Source of the DNA: Eledone cirrhosa
Lineage: Eukaryota
Direction of reading: 5' to 3'
Assembly (NCBI GenBank): GCA_964016885.1
Contig: OZ024742.1
Span: 320,478,001-320,542,000 of the forward strand
DNA length: 64,000 nt
How positions within the stretch are numbered: position 1 is the first letter of the stretch; every line of letters begins with the position of its first letter. The notes under the pieces are model-generated. The model was given only the letters and a program-made list of their open reading frames with translations, was not told the origin of the DNA and made no database searches. Positions 12,291 to 27,400 of the stretch are shown piece by piece. The position numbers were made by a program, and so were the translations under genes.

Positions 12291-14121
12291 CATATAATCA
12301 TAAATTACAAACAGTGGTCAGATCTTTCATGAAATACAGAGACAATATGAACATTGCTTTGTGACAGAAGCTAACAAATGATCTTCTCCCAATACACTGG
12401 TCCAACCCCTGAGCTATACAGTCATTACATAGACGATTGCATTAGCTCCACCTCTCTCTCTCCCATGAACAGCTTGACTCCTTTCTTTAGCTAGGAACAC
12501 CATTTCAAGATCCAGTCCCAACACATGGCTTCCCACGTGGATACCCCCCTCCCCCCCCAATCCAAACTGCCTTCACCCGTGCTTGAGAAACTGAGTATAC
12601 CACACATCCCTCTCACCCCACCACTGCCCCCAACACACACCTTCCTTTCCCCCCTTACCTCCAGTGACATATCCTCCTTTGCTTCCGCACTCTCTCTTTT
12701 GTCCCTGTCGCTTCTCGCTTCTTTCCCAACCTACCTGTCGCCACCTTTAAGCACACCTGTAATCTCCATAACTTCCTGGTATGCAGTTCTTTCCCTTCCT
12801 CGCCTGAATCCTAAAATAAAAGGAATTATTGAAATTCAATTTCCAAATCCCTTTAAATTCTTTATTATTTACAAAATTATTTGAAAATTATTGGCATTGT
12901 CTTATATTATGATTGTTGTAATGAAAGGGTTAAAGGTATTTTGCGGATAATTGATTGTTTTGTGTTTGCCGATGGCAACTTCTTTTTCTGTCTTTAAGGA
13001 TCTTCACTTTATTTTATAAGCTATTTTATAGCATCTCTGCACATGAGCACACCACTCTTTATATATATATATATGTAGGGGAAATATTACTGATTAAGAC
13101 TGGTAAGGCCATTATTCAACTTAGCACTCTTTACTTACGAAAAGTTTAGTGTAGATATTATAAGGGTTAAGCTTTTACCATTTCAATGGCAGATGAGGAA
13201 CCACACATACACACACATGTAAATATATATATACATATGACTAACTTGCATTTAAATTGTAAGTTGAACTTTTTTATTTTGTTTATTCTAGTTTGATTTA
13301 TTTATTTATTGTTTGCAACTCTGTCGTCGTTTTCTCAATGAAAGTACCCTGGTTGAGTGCTTCTGGCATGTTTATTTTTTCAATTTGAATCAACCCCAAC
13401 CAGTGTTCCCTGTAAATAGTCAGGCATGGCTTACTTCATCTTTGATGTGAAGTCGCGTGTCACTGGAAGTTGAAGATTACTACTACACTTGCTTGTGTCC
13501 ATCAGTGTGGTGTACTAGCTGACCAAATGGACCTTTCTATTCTGGAGAGGCAAACTCACATTGAGGACGCAATTCCTGCCAACTTTTGTAACATTAGCTA
13601 ATTTCTACACATGGTAGTTCCATTCGGACTACTGCCTGCAGATTGGAATTGTAGAAACTGGTGCATCAGTCCAGGTAACTCCAATTTCCTACCCACTCAA
13701 AGTCGTTTTCTTCACTGATTAACGTATAAGTGTACACTCGTATTTTAATAATACAGACTTAATTAAATTATTGAGTGAGTGAGAAAATGACCGAAGCTGT
13801 CTATTCTATTAGATAAGCTTCGTTTCATAATTATATATTTCACATATATGCTCAGGGTAAGAGAAAAAAAATGTTACAAGTTGAATTCCTCCTTTTCTGA
13901 TTAACCCGAATCTTAACCATAAACCCCTAACCTTAAAGCCTAATCTTAACATGCTATGGTGAAATTGGGTGTCACTGTATCATTACTTGAATGGTAGGTG
14001 TTTTGTAGTTGTTTGGCTGTATGCCTTGTTTTTGACTTAGTGAAATAGTGATTATATATATATATATATATAAAATATTTGGATTTCCTTTTCATATAAC
14101 TTTTATTTCACTTTATTTCAG

Positions 14122-14155
14122 AAAAAATGATGAAATTGAAGTTGTCATTCCACAG
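14122..14155 (+). CDS. ABCD3: ABCD3 coding exon 2 (34 nt)
   Basis: Polypyrimidine tract and ttcAG acceptor, GTAAG donor. Phase 2 to 0 fits exons 1 and 3 and gives KKNDEIEVVIPQ. Confidence 0.8.
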
Positions 14156-15004
14156 GTAAGATTGTTTTTTGAACTTTGAATTTTGTATATATGTCACAGT
14201 GGTAGATAAGTTACACTTCCTTTGTGTTGATCAAATTTTGGCTTCATTGATTAGTCCACCCTTCTCAATGATATTAACTGCAGCTGAAATTATAGACATG
14301 GATGAAGCTTATTATTTTAAATGAGTGGAAATGAGATGTTGGGTGGTTCATACATTTTTGATTGAGGTTAACAAAACCTTTGATGTGTAATTATTCCAGC
14401 TAAGAAGTAAAATTAGGTTGCAAACTCAGCTCACCATGGAGTCTCATCCAATTTATTATTGTGTTCACCACATTAAATTTATTTCATCTTATTTGGTTGT
14501 TTTCTATCCATTTTTCTGTATATGAAAGCATATAGCCTAGTGGTGAAGTTATTGGACTCACAATCATATGGTTGTAGGTTTGATTCCTGAACCTGGCTGC
14601 ATGTTGTGTTCTTGAATAAGACATTTCATTTTATGTTGCTTCTCATGATAGAACTGTGACTGCTATCATTAAAATATCCGAGAAACCTCTAATGAGATGC
14701 AACCTCGTACGTGGCCAACTAAACCTGTATAGGTGTGAGCTATTACACATTTAATTTTTCTGTGTAACAATGACTTGTTGGAATTGTTGGAATAGATGTT
14801 ATTCTCCTAGATATCATTTCTAATGTTATGTACTATGAAATAAGTGTGGGCTTTGTTTTAACTAAACATCATATCTGTAGGAATATTTTCATTTTTTCAT
14901 TATTATATTTGAACTCATGTATTACAGTTTCTAATTAAATTTATAACATTGTGTTTAGTAATCTAGTATTTAGCCCTATAACACCTAAATAATTAATATG
15001 CAGA

Positions 15005-15451
15005 AAAACATATTGTCATGCATGACCAAAAAATTTCCAACAGCTGTCAGGTTGACTAATTGCCTGCAGGCAATAATATTGTTCAAATGTACAGAATCTT
15101 TAGAGCTTGCCTAAGCTTTTGTTGTTTTCTTCCTACAAGAGTTTGAAGCATCAATTAGAACAATAAGTATTAGAAGGTCAATAATTTAGTCCCTATGTTT
15201 CTAGCTAAATCTTGCTATATAGGGAAGAAAACAATTGACAGACAGAAATAATACTACAAGGACAGCCTGAAAGTAATATTTAAAGGCATGAGTGTTGGCA
15301 TAGAATCCTGTGAAACAGCTTGCTCAGAAAATGCCTCTATGGCATACCATCATCAGCGAAGGTGCAAAATACTTGCAAGAGACATAACGCAACCAGTAGA
15401 AACCAAGCATAATCTGTGCACAGCCTGGTCTACTGCCACATCAAATGAAAC
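15005..15451 (+). mobile_element. Decayed RTE-type LINE ORF 3' region (left part, source of the satellite unit)
   Basis: With stops and frameshifts it reads KHIV.MHDQK...GKKTIDRQK*YYKDSLKVIFKGMSVGIESCETACSENAS/WHTIISEGAKYLQE/VETKHNLCTAWSTATSNE, typical of RTE-clade C-termini (GKRxxGxQKxRYKDxLK...SWE...WR..I..G). Confidence 0.75.
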
Positions 15452-18400
15452 CATAATCTTTATACAGCCTGGTCTACTGCCACATCAAATGAAGCCATAA
15501 TCTTTATACAACCTGGTCTACTGCCACATCAAATGAAGCCATAATCTTTATACAACCTGGTCTACTGCCACATCAAATGAAGCCAAAATCTTTATACAAC
15601 CTGGTCTACTGCCACATCAAATGAAACCATAATCTTTATACAGCCTGGTCTACTGCCACATCAAATGAAGCCAAAATCTTTATACAGCCTGGTCTACTGC
15701 CACATCAAATGAAGCCATAATCTTTATACAGCCTGGTCTATTGGCACATCAAATGAAGCCATAATCTTTATACAGCCTGGTCTATTGGCACATCAAATGA
15801 AGCCATAATCTTTATACAGCCTGGTCTACTGCCACATCAAATGAAGCTATAATCTTTATACAACCTGCTCTACTGGAACATCAAATGAAATCATAATCTG
15901 TGCACAACCTGGTCTACTGCCACATCAAATGAAGCCATAATCTTTATATAGCCTAGTCTACTGCCACATCAAATGAAGCCATAATCTTTATACAGCCTGG
16001 TCTACTGGAACATCAAATGAAGCCATAATCTTTATACAGCCTGGTCTACTGGAACATCAAATGAAACCATAATCTTTATACAGCCTGGTCTACTGCCACA
16101 TCAAATGAAGCCATAATCTTTATACAGCCTGGTCTATTGGCACATCAAATGAAGCCATAATCTTTATACAGCCTGGTCTATTGGCACATCAAATGAAGCC
16201 ATAATCTTTATACAGCCTGGTCTACTGCCACATCAAATGAAGCCATAATCTTTATACAGCCTGGTCTATTGGCACATCAAATGAAACCATAATCTTTATA
16301 CAACCTGGTCTACTGCCACATCAAATGAAACCATAATCTTTATACAGCCTGGTCTATTGGCACATCAAATGAAGCCATAATCTTTATACAGCCTGGTCTA
16401 TTGGCACATCAAATGAAGCCATAATCTTTATACAGCCTGGTCTACTGGAACATCAAATGAAACCATAATCTTTATACAGCCTGGTCTATTGGCACATCAA
16501 ATGAAGCCATAATCTTTATACAGTCTGGTCTATTGGCACATCAAATGAAGCCATAATCTTTATACAGCCTGGTCTACTGCCACATCAAATGAAGCCATAA
16601 TCTTTATACAGCCTGGTCTATTGGCACATCAAATGAAACCATAATCTTTATACAACCTGGTCTACTGCCACATCAAATGAAACCATAATCTTTATACAGC
16701 CTGGTCTATTGGCACATCAAATGAAGCCATAATCTTTATACAGCCTGGTCTATTGGCACATCAAATGAAGCCATAATTTTTATACAGCCTGGTCTACTGG
16801 AACATCAAATGAAACCATAATCTTTATACAGCCTGGTCTACTGGAACATCAAATGAAACCATAATCTTTATACAGCCTGGTCTACTGCCACATCAAATGA
16901 AGTCATAATCTTTATACAGCCTGGTCTACTGCCACATCAAATGAAACCATAATCTTTATACAGCCTGGTCTACTGCCACATCAAATGAAGCCATAATCTT
17001 TATACAGCCTGGTCTACTGCCACATCAAATGAAGCGATAATCTTTATACAGCCTGGTCTACTGCCACATCAAATGAAGCCATAATCTTTATACAGCCTGG
17101 TCTACTGCCACATCAAATGAAGCCATAATCTTTATACAGCCTGGTCTATTGGCACATCAAATGAAGCCATAATCTTTATACAGCCTGGTCTACTGGAACA
17201 TCAAATGAAGCCATAATCTTTATACAGCCTGGTCTATTGGCACATCAAGTGAAACCATAATCTTTATACAGCCTGGTCTATTGGCACATCAAATGAAACC
17301 ATAATCTTTATACAGCCTGGTCTACTGCCATATCAAATGAAGCGATAATCTTTATACAGCCTGGTCTACTGCCACATCAAATGAAGCCATAATCTTTATA
17401 CAGCCTGGTCTACTGCCACATCAAATTAAGCCATAATCTTTATACAGCCTGGTCTATTGGCACATCAAATGAAGCCATAATCTTTATACAGCCTGGTCTA
17501 CTGGAACATCAAATGAAGCCATAATCTTTATACAGCCTGGTCTATTGGCACATCAAGTGAAACCATAATCTTTATACAGCCTGGTCTATTGGCACATCAA
17601 ATGAAACCATAATCTTTATACAGCCTGGTCTACTGCCACATCAAATGAAACCATAATCTTTATACAGCCTGGTCCATTGGCACATCAAATGAAACCATAA
17701 TCTTTATACAGCCTGGTCTACTGCCACATCAAATGAAGCCATAATCTTTATACAGCCTGGTCTATTGGCACATCAAATGAAACCATAATCTTTATACAGC
17801 CTGGTCTATTGGCACATCAAATGAAGCCATAATCTTTATACAGCCTGGTCTATTGGCACATCAAATGAAGCCATAATCTTTATACAGCCTGGTCTACTGG
17901 AACATCAAATGAAGCCATAATCTTTATACAGCCTGGTCTATTGGCACATCAAGTGAAACCATAATCTTTATACAGCCTGGTCTATTGGCACATCAAATGA
18001 AACCATAATCTTTATACAGCCTGGTCTACTGCCACATCAAATGAAACCATAATCTTTATACAGCCTGGTCCATTGGCACATCAAATGAAACCATAATCTT
18101 TATACAGCCTGGTCTACTGCCACATCAAATGAAGCCATAATCTTTATACAGCCTGGTCTATTGGCACATCAAATGAAACCATAATCTTTATACAGCCTGG
18201 TCTACTGCCACATCAAATGAAGCCATAATCTTTATACAGCCTGGTCTATTGGCACATCAAATGAAGCCATAATCTTTATACAGCCTGGTCTACTGGAACA
18301 TCAAATGAAGCCATAATCTTTATACAGCCTGGTCTATTGGCACATCAAGTGAAACCATAATCTTTATACAGCCTGGTCTATTGGCACATCAAATGAAACC

Positions 18401-21400
18401 ATAATCTTTATACAGCCTGGTCTACTGCCATATCAAATGAAGCGATAATCTTTATACAGCCTGGTCTACTGCCACATCAAATGAAGCCATAATCTTTATA
18501 CAGCCTGGTCTACTGCCACATCAAATTAAGCCATAATCTTTATACAGCCTGGTCTATTGGCACATCAAATGAAGCCATAATCTTTATACAGCCTGGTCTA
18601 CTGGAACATCAAATGAAGCCATAATCTTTATACAGCCTGGTCTATTGGCACATCAAGTGAAACCATAATCTTTATACAGCCTGGTCTATTGGCACATCAA
18701 ATGAAACCATAATCTTTATACAGCCTGGTCTACTGCCACATCAAATGAAACCATAATCTTTATACAGCCTGGTCCATTGGCACATCAAATGAAACCATAA
18801 TCTTTATACAGCCTGGTCTACTGCCACATCAAATGAAGCCATAATCTTTATACAGCCTGGTCTATTGGCACATCAAATGAAACCATAATCTTTATACAGC
18901 CTGGTCTATTGGCACATCAAATGAAGCCATAATCTTTATACAGCCTGGTCTATTGGCACATCAAATGAAGCCATAATCTTTATACAGCCTGGTCTATTGG
19001 CACATCAAATGAAACGATAATCTTTATACAGCCTGGTCTACTGCCACATCAAATGAAGCCATAATCTTTATACAACCTGGTCTACTGCCACATCAAATGA
19101 AGCCATAATCTTTATACAGCCTGGTCTACTGCCACATCAAATGAAGCCATAATCTTTATACAGCCTGGTCTATTGGCACATCAAATGAAACCATAATCTT
19201 TATACAGCCTGGTCTACTGCCACATCAAATGAAACCATAATCTTTATACAGCCTGGTCTATTGGCACATCAAATGAAACCATAATCTTTATACAGCCTGG
19301 TCTACTGCCACATCAAATAAAACCATAATCTTTATACAGCCTGGTCTATTGGCACATCAAATGAAACCATAATCTTTATACAGCCTGGTCTACTGCCACA
19401 TCAAATGAAACCATAATCTTTTTACAGCCTGGTCTACTGCCACATCAAATGAAGCCATAATCTTTATACAACCTGGTCTACTGCCATATCAAATGAAGCC
19501 ATAATCTTTATACAGCCTGGTCTACTGCCACATCAAATGAAGCCATAATCTTTATACAGCCTGGTCTACTGCCACATCAAATGAAGCCATAATCTTTATA
19601 CAGCCTGGTCTACTGCCACATCAAATGAAGCCATAATCTTTATACAGCCTGGTCTACTGCCACATCAAATGAAACCATAATCTTTATACAGCCTTGTCTA
19701 CTGCCACATCAAATGAAGCCATAATCTTTATACAACCTGGTCTATTGGCACATCAAATGAAGCCATAATCTTTATACAGCCTGGTCTACTGCCACATCAA
19801 ATGAAGCCATAATCTTTATACAGCCTGGTCTACTACCACATCAAATGAAACCATAATCTTTATATAGCCTGGTCTACTGCCACATCAAATGAAGCCATAA
19901 TCTTTATACAGCCTGGTCTACTGCCACATCAAATGAAGCCATAATCTTTATACAGCCCGGTCTGTTGGCACATCAAATGAAGCCATAATCTTTATACAAC
20001 CTGGTCTACTGGCACATCAAATGAAACCATAATCTTTATACAGCCTGGTCTATTGGCACATCAAATGAAACCATAATCTTTATACAGCCTGGTCCATTGG
20101 CACATCAAATGAAACCATAATCTTTATACAGCCTGGTCTATTGGCACATCAAATGAAACCATAATCTTTATACAGCCTGGTCTATTGGCACATCAAATGA
20201 AACCATAATCTTTATACAGCCTGGTCTACTGCCACATCAAATGAAGCCATAATCTTTATACAGCCTGGTCTATTGGCACATCAAATGAAACCATAATCTT
20301 TATACAGCCTGGTCTATTGGCACATCAAATGAAGCCATAATCTTTATACAGCCTGGTCTATTGGCACATCAAATGAAACCATAATCTTTATACAGCCTGG
20401 TCTACTGCCACATCAAATGAAGCCATAATCTTTATATAGCCATAATCTTTATACAGCCTGGTCTATTGCCACATCAAATGAAGCCATAATCTTTATACAG
20501 CCTGGTCTACTGCCACATCAATTGAAGCCATAATCTTTATACAGCCTGGTCTATTGGCACATCAAATGAAACCATAATCTTTATACAGCCTGGTCTACTG
20601 CCACATCAAATGAAGCCATAATCTTTATACAGCCTGGTCTATTGGCACATCAAATGAAACCATAATCTTTATACAGCCTGGTTTATTGGCACATCAAATG
20701 AAACCATAATCTTTATACAGCCTGGTCTATTGGCACATCAAATAAAACCATAATCTTTATACAGCCTGGTCTACTGCCACATCAAATGAAGCCATAATCT
20801 TTATACAGCCTGGTCTATTGGCACATCAAATGAAACCATAATCTTTATACAGCCTGGTCTATTGGCACATCAAATGAAGCCATAATCTTTATACAGCCTG
20901 GTCTATTGGCACATCAAATGAAGCCATAATCTTTATACAGCCTGGTCTACTGGAACATCAAATTAAGCCATAATCTTTATACAGCCTGGTCTATTGGCAC
21001 ATCAAATGAAACCATAATCTTTATACAACCTGGTCTACTGCCACATCAAATGAAGCCATAATCTTTATACAGCCTGGTCTATTGGCACATCAAATGCAAC
21101 CATAATCTTTATACAGCCTGGTCTATTGGCACATCAAATGAAACCATAATCTTTATACAGCCTGGTCTACTGCCACATCAAATGAAACCATAATCTTTAT
21201 ACAGCCTGGTCTATTGGCACATCAAATGAAGCCATAATCTTTATACAGCCTGGTCTACTGCCACATCAAATGAAGCCGTAATCTTTATACAGCCTGGTCT
21301 ACTGCCACATCAAATGAAGCTATAATCTTTATACAGCCTGGTCTACTACCACATCAAATGAAGCCATAATCTTTATACAGCCTGGTCTACTGGAACATCA

Positions 21401-24400
21401 AATGAAGCTATAATCTTTATACAGCCTGGTCTACTACCACATCAAATGAAGCCATAATCTTTATACAGCCTGGTCTACTGCCACATCAAATGAAACCATA
21501 ATCTTTATACAGCCTGGTCTACTGCCACATCAAATGAAACCATAATCTTTATACAGCCTGGTCTACTGCCACATCAAATGAAGCTATAATCTTTATACAG
21601 CCTGGTCTACTGCTACATCAAATGAAGCCATAATCTTTATACAGCCTGGTCTATTGCCACATCAAATGAAACCATAATCTTTATACAGCCTGGTCTACTG
21701 CCACATCAAATGAAACCATAATCTTTATACAGCCTGGTCTATTGGCACATCAAATGAAACCATAATCTTTATACAGCCTGGTCTACTGCCACATCAAATG
21801 AAACCATAATCTTTATACAGCCTGGTCTACTGCCACATCAAATGAAGCTATAATCTTTATACAGCCTGGTCTACTGCCACATCAAATGAAGCCATAATCT
21901 TTATACAGCCTGGTCTATTGCCACATCAAATGAAGCCATAATCTTTATACAGCCTGGTCTACTGCCACATCAAATGAAACCATAATCTTTATACAGCCTG
22001 GTCTATTGGCACAGCAAATGAAACCATAATCTTTATACAGCCTAGTCTATTGGCACATCAAATGAAACCATAATCTTTATACAGCCTGGTCTACTGCCAC
22101 ATCAAATGAAGCCATAATCTTTATACAGCCTGGTCTATTGGCACATCAAATGAAACCATAATCTTTATACAGCCTGGTCTATTGGCACATCAAATGAAGC
22201 CATAATCTTTATACAGCCTGGTCTATTGGCACATCAAATGAAACCATAATCTTTATACAACCTGGTCTACTGCCACATCAAATGAAGCCATAATCTTTAT
22301 ACAGCCTGGTCTATTGGCACATCAAATGAAACCATAATCTTTATACAACCTGGTCTACTGCCACATCAAATGAAGCCATAATCTTTATACAGCCTGGTCT
22401 ATTGGCACATCAAATGCAACCATAATCTTTATACAGCCTGGTCTATTGGCACATCAAATGAAACCATAATCTTTATACAGCCTGGTCTACTGCCGCATCA
22501 AATGAAACCATAATCTTTATACAGCCTGGTCTACTGCCACATCAAATGAAGCCATAATCTTTATACAGCCTGGTCTACTGCCACATCAAATGAAGCTATA
22601 ATCTTTATACAGCCTGGTCTACTACCACATCAAATGAAGCCATAATCTTTATACAGCCTGGTCTACTGCCACATCAAATGAAGCTATAATCTTTATACAG
22701 CCTGGTCTACTGCTACATCAAATGAAGCCATAATCTTTATACAGCCTGGTCTATTGCCACATCAAATGAAACCATAATCTTTATACAGCCTGGTCTATTG
22801 CTACATCAAATGAAACCATAATCTTTATACAGCCTGGTCTACTGCCACATCAAATGAAACCATAATCTTTATACAGCCTGGTCTATTGGCACATCAAATG
22901 AAACCATAATCTTTATACAGCCTGGTCTACTGCCACATCAAATGAAACCATAATCTTCATACAGCCTGGTCTATTGGCACATCAAATGAAACCATAATCT
23001 TTATACAGCCTGGTCTACTGCCACATCAAATGAAACCATAATCTTTATACAGCCTGGTCTACTGCCACGTCAAATGAAACCATAATCTTTATACAGCCTG
23101 GTCTATTGGCACAGCAAATGAAACCATAATCTTTATACAGCCTAGTCTATTGGCACATCAAATGAAACCATAATCTTTATACAGCCTGGTCTACTGCCAC
23201 ATCAAATGAAGCCATAATCTTTATACAGCCTGGTCTATTGGCACATCAAATGAAACCATAATCTTTATACAGCCTGGTCTATTGGCACATCAAATGAAGC
23301 CATAATCTTTATACAGCCTGGTCTATTGCCACATCAAATGAAGCCATAATCTTTATACAGCCTGGTCTACTGCCACATCACATGAAACCATAATCTTTAT
23401 ACAGCCTGGTCTACTGCCACTTCAAATGAAACCATAATCTTTATACAGCCTGGTCTACTGCCACATCAAATGAAACCATAATCTTTATACAGCCTGCTCT
23501 ACTGCCACATCAAATGAAACCATAATCTTTATACAGCCTGGTCTACTGCAACATCAAATGAAGCTATAATTTTTATACAGCCTGGTCTACTGCTACATCA
23601 AATGAACCCATAATCTTTATACAGCCTGGTCTATTGCCACATCAAATGAAGCCATAATCTTTATACAGCCTGGTCTACTGGCACATCAAATGAAACCATA
23701 ATCTGTATACAGCCTGGTCTATTGGCACATCAAATGAAACCATAATCTTTATACAGCCTGGTCTATTGGCACATCAAATGAAACCATAATCTTTATACAG
23801 CCTGGTCTACTGCCACATCAAATGAAACCATAATCTTCATACAGCCTGGTCTATTGGCACATCAAATGAAACCATAATCTTTATACAGCCTGGTCTACTG
23901 CCACATCAAATGAAACCATAATCTTTATACAGCCTGGTCTACTGCCACATCAAATGAAGCTACAATCTTTATACAGCCTGCTCTACTGCCACATCAAATG
24001 AAGTCATAATCTTTATACAGCCTGGTCTATTGCCACATCAAATGAAGCCATAATCTTTATACAGCCTGGTCTACTGGCACATCAAATGAAACCATAATCT
24101 TTATACAGCCTGGTCTATTGGCACATCAAATGAAACCATAATCTTTATACAGCCTGGTCTATTGGCACATCAAATGAAACCATAATCTTTATACAGCCTG
24201 GTCTATTGGCACATCAAATGAAACCATAATCTTTATACAGCCTGGTCTACTGCCACATCAAATGAAGCCATAATCTTTATACAGCCTGGTCTATTGCCAC
24301 ATCAAATGAAGCCATAATCTTTATACAGCCTGGTCTATTGGCACATCAAATGAAACCATAATCTTTATACAACCTGGTCTACTGCCACATCAAATGAAGC

Positions 24401-27400
24401 CATAATCTTTATACAGCCTGGTCTATTGGCACATCAAATGAAACCATAATCTTTATACAACCTGGTCTACTGCCACATCAAATGAAGCCATAATCTTTAT
24501 ACAGCCTGGTCTATTGGCACATCAAATGAAACCATAATCTTTATACAGCCTGGTCTATTGGCACATCAAATGAAACCATAATCTTTATACAGCCTGGTCT
24601 ACTGCCACATCAAATGAAGCCATAATCTTTATACAGCCTGGTCTACTGCCACATCAAATGAAGCCATAATCTTTATACAGCCTGGTCTACTGCCACATCA
24701 AATGAAGCTATAATCTTTATACAGCCTGGTCTACTGCCACATCAAATGAAGCCATAATCTTTATACAGCCTGGTCTACTGCCACATCAAATGAAACCATA
24801 ATCTTTATACAGCCTGGTCTACTGCCACATCAAATGAAACCATAATCTTTATACAGCCTGGTCTACTGCCACATCAAATGAAGCTATAATCTTTATACAG
24901 CCTGGTCTACTGCTACATCAAATGAAGCCATAATCTTTATACAGCCTGGTCTATTGCCACATCAAATGAAACCATAATCTTTATACAGCCTGGTCTACTG
25001 CCACATCAAATGAAACCATAATCTTTATACAGCCTGGTCTACTGCCACATCAAATGAAGCTATAATCTTTATACAGCCTGGTCTACTGCCACATCAAATG
25101 AAGCCATAATCTTTATACAGCCTGGTCTATTGCCACATCAAATGAAGCTATAATCTTTATACAGCCTGGTCTACTGCTACATCAAATGAAGCCATAATCT
25201 TTATACAGCCTAGTCTACTGCCACATCAAATGAAACCATAATCTTTATACAGCCTGGTCTACTGCCACATCAAATGAAGCTATAATCTTTATACAGCCTG
25301 GTCTACTGCCACATCAAATGAAACCATAATCTTTATACAGCCCGGTCTACTGCCACATCAAATGAAGCTATAATCTTTATACAGCCTGGTCTACTGCCAC
25401 ATCAAATGAAGCCATAATCTTTATACAGCCTGGTCTATTGCCACATCAAATGAAGCCATAATCTTTTTACAGCCTGGTCTACTGCCACATCAAATGAAGC
25501 CATAATCTTTATACAGCCTGGTCTACTGCCACATCAAATGAAACCATAATCTTTATACAGCCTTGTCTACTGCCACATCAAATGAAGCCATAATCTTTAT
25601 ACAACCTGGTCTATTGGCACATCAAATGAAGCCATAATCTTTATACAGCCTGGTCTACTGCCACATCAAATGAAGCCATAATCTTTATACAGCCTGGTCT
25701 ACTACCACATCAAATGAAACCATAATCTTTATATAGCCTGGTCTACTGCCACATCAAATGAAGCCATAATCTTTATACAGCCTGGTCTACTGCCACATCA
25801 AATGAAGCCATAATCTTTATACAGCCCGGTCTGTTGGCACATCAAATGAAGCCATAATCTTTATACAACCTGGTCTACTGGCACATCAAATGAAACCATA
25901 ATCTTTATACAGCCTGGTCTATTGGCACATCAAATGAAACCATAATCTTTATACAGCCTGGTCCATTGGCACATCAAATGAAACCATAATCTTTATACAG
26001 CCTGGTCTATTGGCACATCAAATGAAACCATAATCTTTATATAGCCTGGTCTATTGGCACATCAAATGAAACCATAATCTTTATACAGCCTGGTCTACTG
26101 CCACATCAAATGAAGCCATAATCTTTATACAGCCTGGTCTATTGGCACATCAAATGAAACCATAATCTTTATACAGCCTGGTCTATTGGCACATCAAATG
26201 AAACCATAATCTTTATACAGCCTGGTCTACTGATACATCAAATGAAGCCATAATCTTTATACAGCCTGGTCTATTGGCACATCAAATGAAACCATAATCT
26301 TTATACAGCCTGGTCTACTGCCACATCAAATGAAGCCATAATCTTTATATAGCCATAATCTTTATACAGCCTGGTCTATTGCCACATCAAATGAAGCCAT
26401 AATCTTTATACAGCCTGGTCTACTGCCACATCAATTGAAGCCATAATCTTTATACAGCCTGGTCTATTGGCACATCAAATGAAACCATAATCTTTATACA
26501 GCCTGGTCTACTGCCACATCAAATGAAGCCATAATCTTTATACAGCCTGGTCTATTGGCACATCAAATGAAACCATAATCTTTATACAGCCTGGTCTACT
26601 GCCACATCAAATGAAGCCATAATCTTTATACAGCCTGGTCTATTGGCACATCAAATGAAACCATAATCTTTATACAGCCTGGTCTATTGGCACATCAAAT
26701 GAAACCATAATCTTTATACAGCCTGGTCTACTGCTACATCAAATGAAGCCATAATCTTTATACAGCCTGGTCTATTGGCACATCAAATGAAACCATAATC
26801 TTTATACAGCCTGGTCTACTGCCACATCAAATGAAGCCATAATCTTTATATAGCCATAATCTTTATACAGCCTGGTCTATTGCCACATCAAATGAAGCCA
26901 TAATCTTTATACAGCCTGGTCTACTGCCACATCAATTGAAGCCATAATCTTTATACAGCCTGGTCTATTGGCACATCAAATGAAACCATAATCTTTATAC
27001 AGCCTGGTCTACTGCCACATCAAATGAAGCCATAATCTTTATACAGCCTGGTCTATTGGCACATCAAATGAAACCATAATCTTTATACAGCCTGGTTTAT
27101 TGGCACATCAAATGAAACCATAATCTTTATACAGCCTGGTCTATTGGCACATCAAATAAAACCATAATCTTTATACAGCCTGGTCTACTGCCACATCAAA
27201 TGAAGCCATAATCTTTATACAGCCTGGTCTATTGGCACATCAAATGAAACCATAATCTTTATACAGCCTGGTCTATTGGCACATCAAATGAAGCCATAAT
27301 CTTTATACAGCCTGGTCTATTGGCACATCAAATGAAACCATAATCTTTATACAACCTGGTCTACTGCCACATCAAATTAAGCCATAATCTTTATACAGCC

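Noticed and set aside
13900-13950. Degenerate CCCTAA telomere-like repeats
   Set aside because: Only a few highly degenerate units, which is insufficient to call an interstitial telomere.
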